A DNA stretch of 64,000 nucleotides from an uncultured Acidobacteriota bacterium (GTDB lineage: Bacteria; Acidobacteriota; JAQAZP01). The notes under the pieces are model-generated. The model saw nothing but the letters and a program-made list of their open reading frames with translations. It was not told the origin of the DNA and did not search any database. Location of the stretch: NCBI GenBank assembly GCA_963836075.1, contig CAWIIB010000001.1, forward strand, positions 32,001 through 96,000, written 5' to 3'. Each line of letters starts with the position of its first letter. Position 1 is the first letter of the stretch. This document shows positions 62,738-64,000 of the stretch, one piece after another. The position numbers were made by a program, and so were the translations under genes.

Positions 62738-63004
62738 TCAGCTTTTGTCCAGATTCTTCATAAAGCTGTCGATCATTTCATTCTCGTAGGTCACCGAGTT
62801 GAGAAACAGGGCCTCCACCAGGTAGGCCCGGCGGTCCTCGTCGCTCATCTGCTGCACCAGATTCTCGATTTCGCTCTTCATGTCGTGGTAGGTGTGCTCG
62901 AACTCCTTGCGCACCGCCACCTCCCGGAACAGCGATTCCACGATCTGGAGCAGGTCACCGTCGAGGTCTATTTCGAATCCGTTTTTCATCTTTATCGATC
63001 GCAT
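62738..63004 (-). CDS. Small hypothetical protein
   Basis: Clean 83-88 aa acidic, helical ORF with host-like codon usage, downstream of the STAS gene. Confidence 0.65.
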   Translation of the reverse strand: MRSIKMKNGFEIDLDGDLLQIVESLFREVAVRKEFEHTYHDMKSEIENLVQQMSDEDRRAYLVEALFLNSVTYENEMIDSFMKNLDKS

Positions 63005-63060
63005 GGGGCACCGTATGTTTACTGTCCTGCGGCGCCGACGGGAGGGGCGCCGCCCACTGT

Positions 63061-63405
63061 TCAGCTGCTGAAACTCTCGATCGCCTGCAGGTCGGTTTCG
63101 AAGATCTCCAGAACCAGATCGAGATTGGTTATCGAGACCATCTTCGCCACCCGGTCCTGCAGACCGCTCAGTTTGAGCGTGCCGCCGAGAGAGCGAAGCC
63201 GACGGTGGATCTCCATGATTACACCCACGCCGAAGCTGTCGAGGTAGACCACCTGCTTCATGTCCAGCAGGACGTTCAATTCGCCGTTGTCCACGATTTC
63301 GAGCAGATCCGACCTGAACTGGTCGAGCATATCGTGGGTCATCCGGTCAGTGCGAATCCGTATTATCTGAATCTCTCCCTGTTTCTCGGCGGCAAATACA
63401 TCCAT
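63061..63405 (-). CDS. STAS-domain anti-sigma factor antagonist
   Basis: LLDMKQVVYLDSFGVG (phospho-Ser motif), GGTLKLSGL. Confidence 0.88.
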   Translation of the reverse strand: MDVFAAEKQGEIQIIRIRTDRMTHDMLDQFRSDLLEIVDNGELNVLLDMKQVVYLDSFGVGVIMEIHRRLRSLGGTLKLSGLQDRVAKMVSITNLDLVLEIFETDLQAIESFSS

Positions 63406-63765
63406 CCTGGACCCCTTGGTTCACTGGTGCGGATACGGCAGACCCCAGTTGTCTGTCGACGTTCCGTCCGGGTTTCTCCGGCCCGCGGTCGGGCGATACG
63501 GGTGACCTCCGGCGGTATCGGTACTGCAAGGCTGCCGGATGAGCCATATCTACCACACGCCTGCGGGGAGAAGCAAACCACTTCGTCCGCCCGGGGCCGG
63601 GAGATTCTGATGGACCCCGTGCGGCTTCCCCGTGTTGACCGGTCACAGCATGTAACGGGGAATCGACGGGAAAGTTCTCTGCCGCGGAAGGATTCTCAGG
63701 GCATGGCCTCTGGCCGCGGGGGTTCGGGGAGGCTATAATCCAGCTTCGCCGACGGAGGGTATGGA

Positions 63766-64000
63766 ATGAAGGCTGTGGAACACGGTGCTCTTTCGCTGGT
63801 TGCCGGGGGATCGCTGTGGCTGCTGTCGGACAGCCTCGCCGCCGGAGCCTCCTGCTTCCTCACCGGGCTGCTGCTGGATCTGGACCACCTGGTGGACTAC
63901 CTCCTGCACCACCCGCGGGCCAACACCCTGGCCGATCTGGTGGATGTCTGTGAGAACTGCCGCCTCCTGCGGGTGGTCCTGCCGCTGCACAGCTGGGAGC
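63766..64000 (+). CDS. Membrane-bound metal-dependent hydrolase-like protein (partial, runs off the window)
   Basis: MKAVEHG...GLLLDLDHLVDY...LPLHSWE: H, DLDH and HS motifs within hydrophobic segments. Confidence 0.65.
   Translation, partial: MKAVEHGALSLVAGGSLWLLSDSLAAGASCFLTGLLLDLDHLVDYLLHHPRANTLADLVDVCENCRLLRVVLPLHSWE

Overview
Bacterial chromosomal window, probably from a long-read assembly with many uncorrected 1-bp indels. The GreA-like sequence and the AroD-AroE fusion loosely suggest Acidobacteriota, but the taxon is uncertain. It has two parts. (1) ~1-27 kb is an accessory, IS-rich region. It holds GNAT and AraC genes, an IS91-family transposase remnant, and a complete IS110/IS1111-type element (3324-4967) inserted in what looks like the IS91 oriIS, with a readable candidate bridge RNA whose guide segments match its own target and donor junctions. 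It continues with a secreted FN3 protein, an IS1380 remnant and a mosaic surface-polysaccharide locus: wecB, two paralogous SGNH-like genes bracketing a ~12-kb IS3/IS5-laden, partly AT-rich cassette (methyltransferase-kinase fusion, acyltransferases, Cys-less AsnB-like amide ligase, class III aminotransferase), then a nucleotide-sugar dehydrogenase and an epimerase. (2) ~27-64 kb is GC-rich core genome: HD-GYP and hybrid kinase signalling genes, a sigma54-driven mini-protein, a HEAT-repeat protein, hutI, an ABC exporter, aroD-aroE, aroA, a methyltransferase, radical SAM enzymes, a DASS transporter, rlpA, pyrD-pyrK/pyrR-pyrB-pyrC, greA, trmL, a cysteine synthase-family gene, cutA, dsbD, a phosphohexomutase, eno, ftsB, tRNA-fMet, an HDOD hybrid kinase and a STAS protein. 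The strongest lead is the IS110 bridge-RNA element apparently programmed to hit IS91-family oriIS sites. All family calls come from motif recognition by eye; no searches were run.
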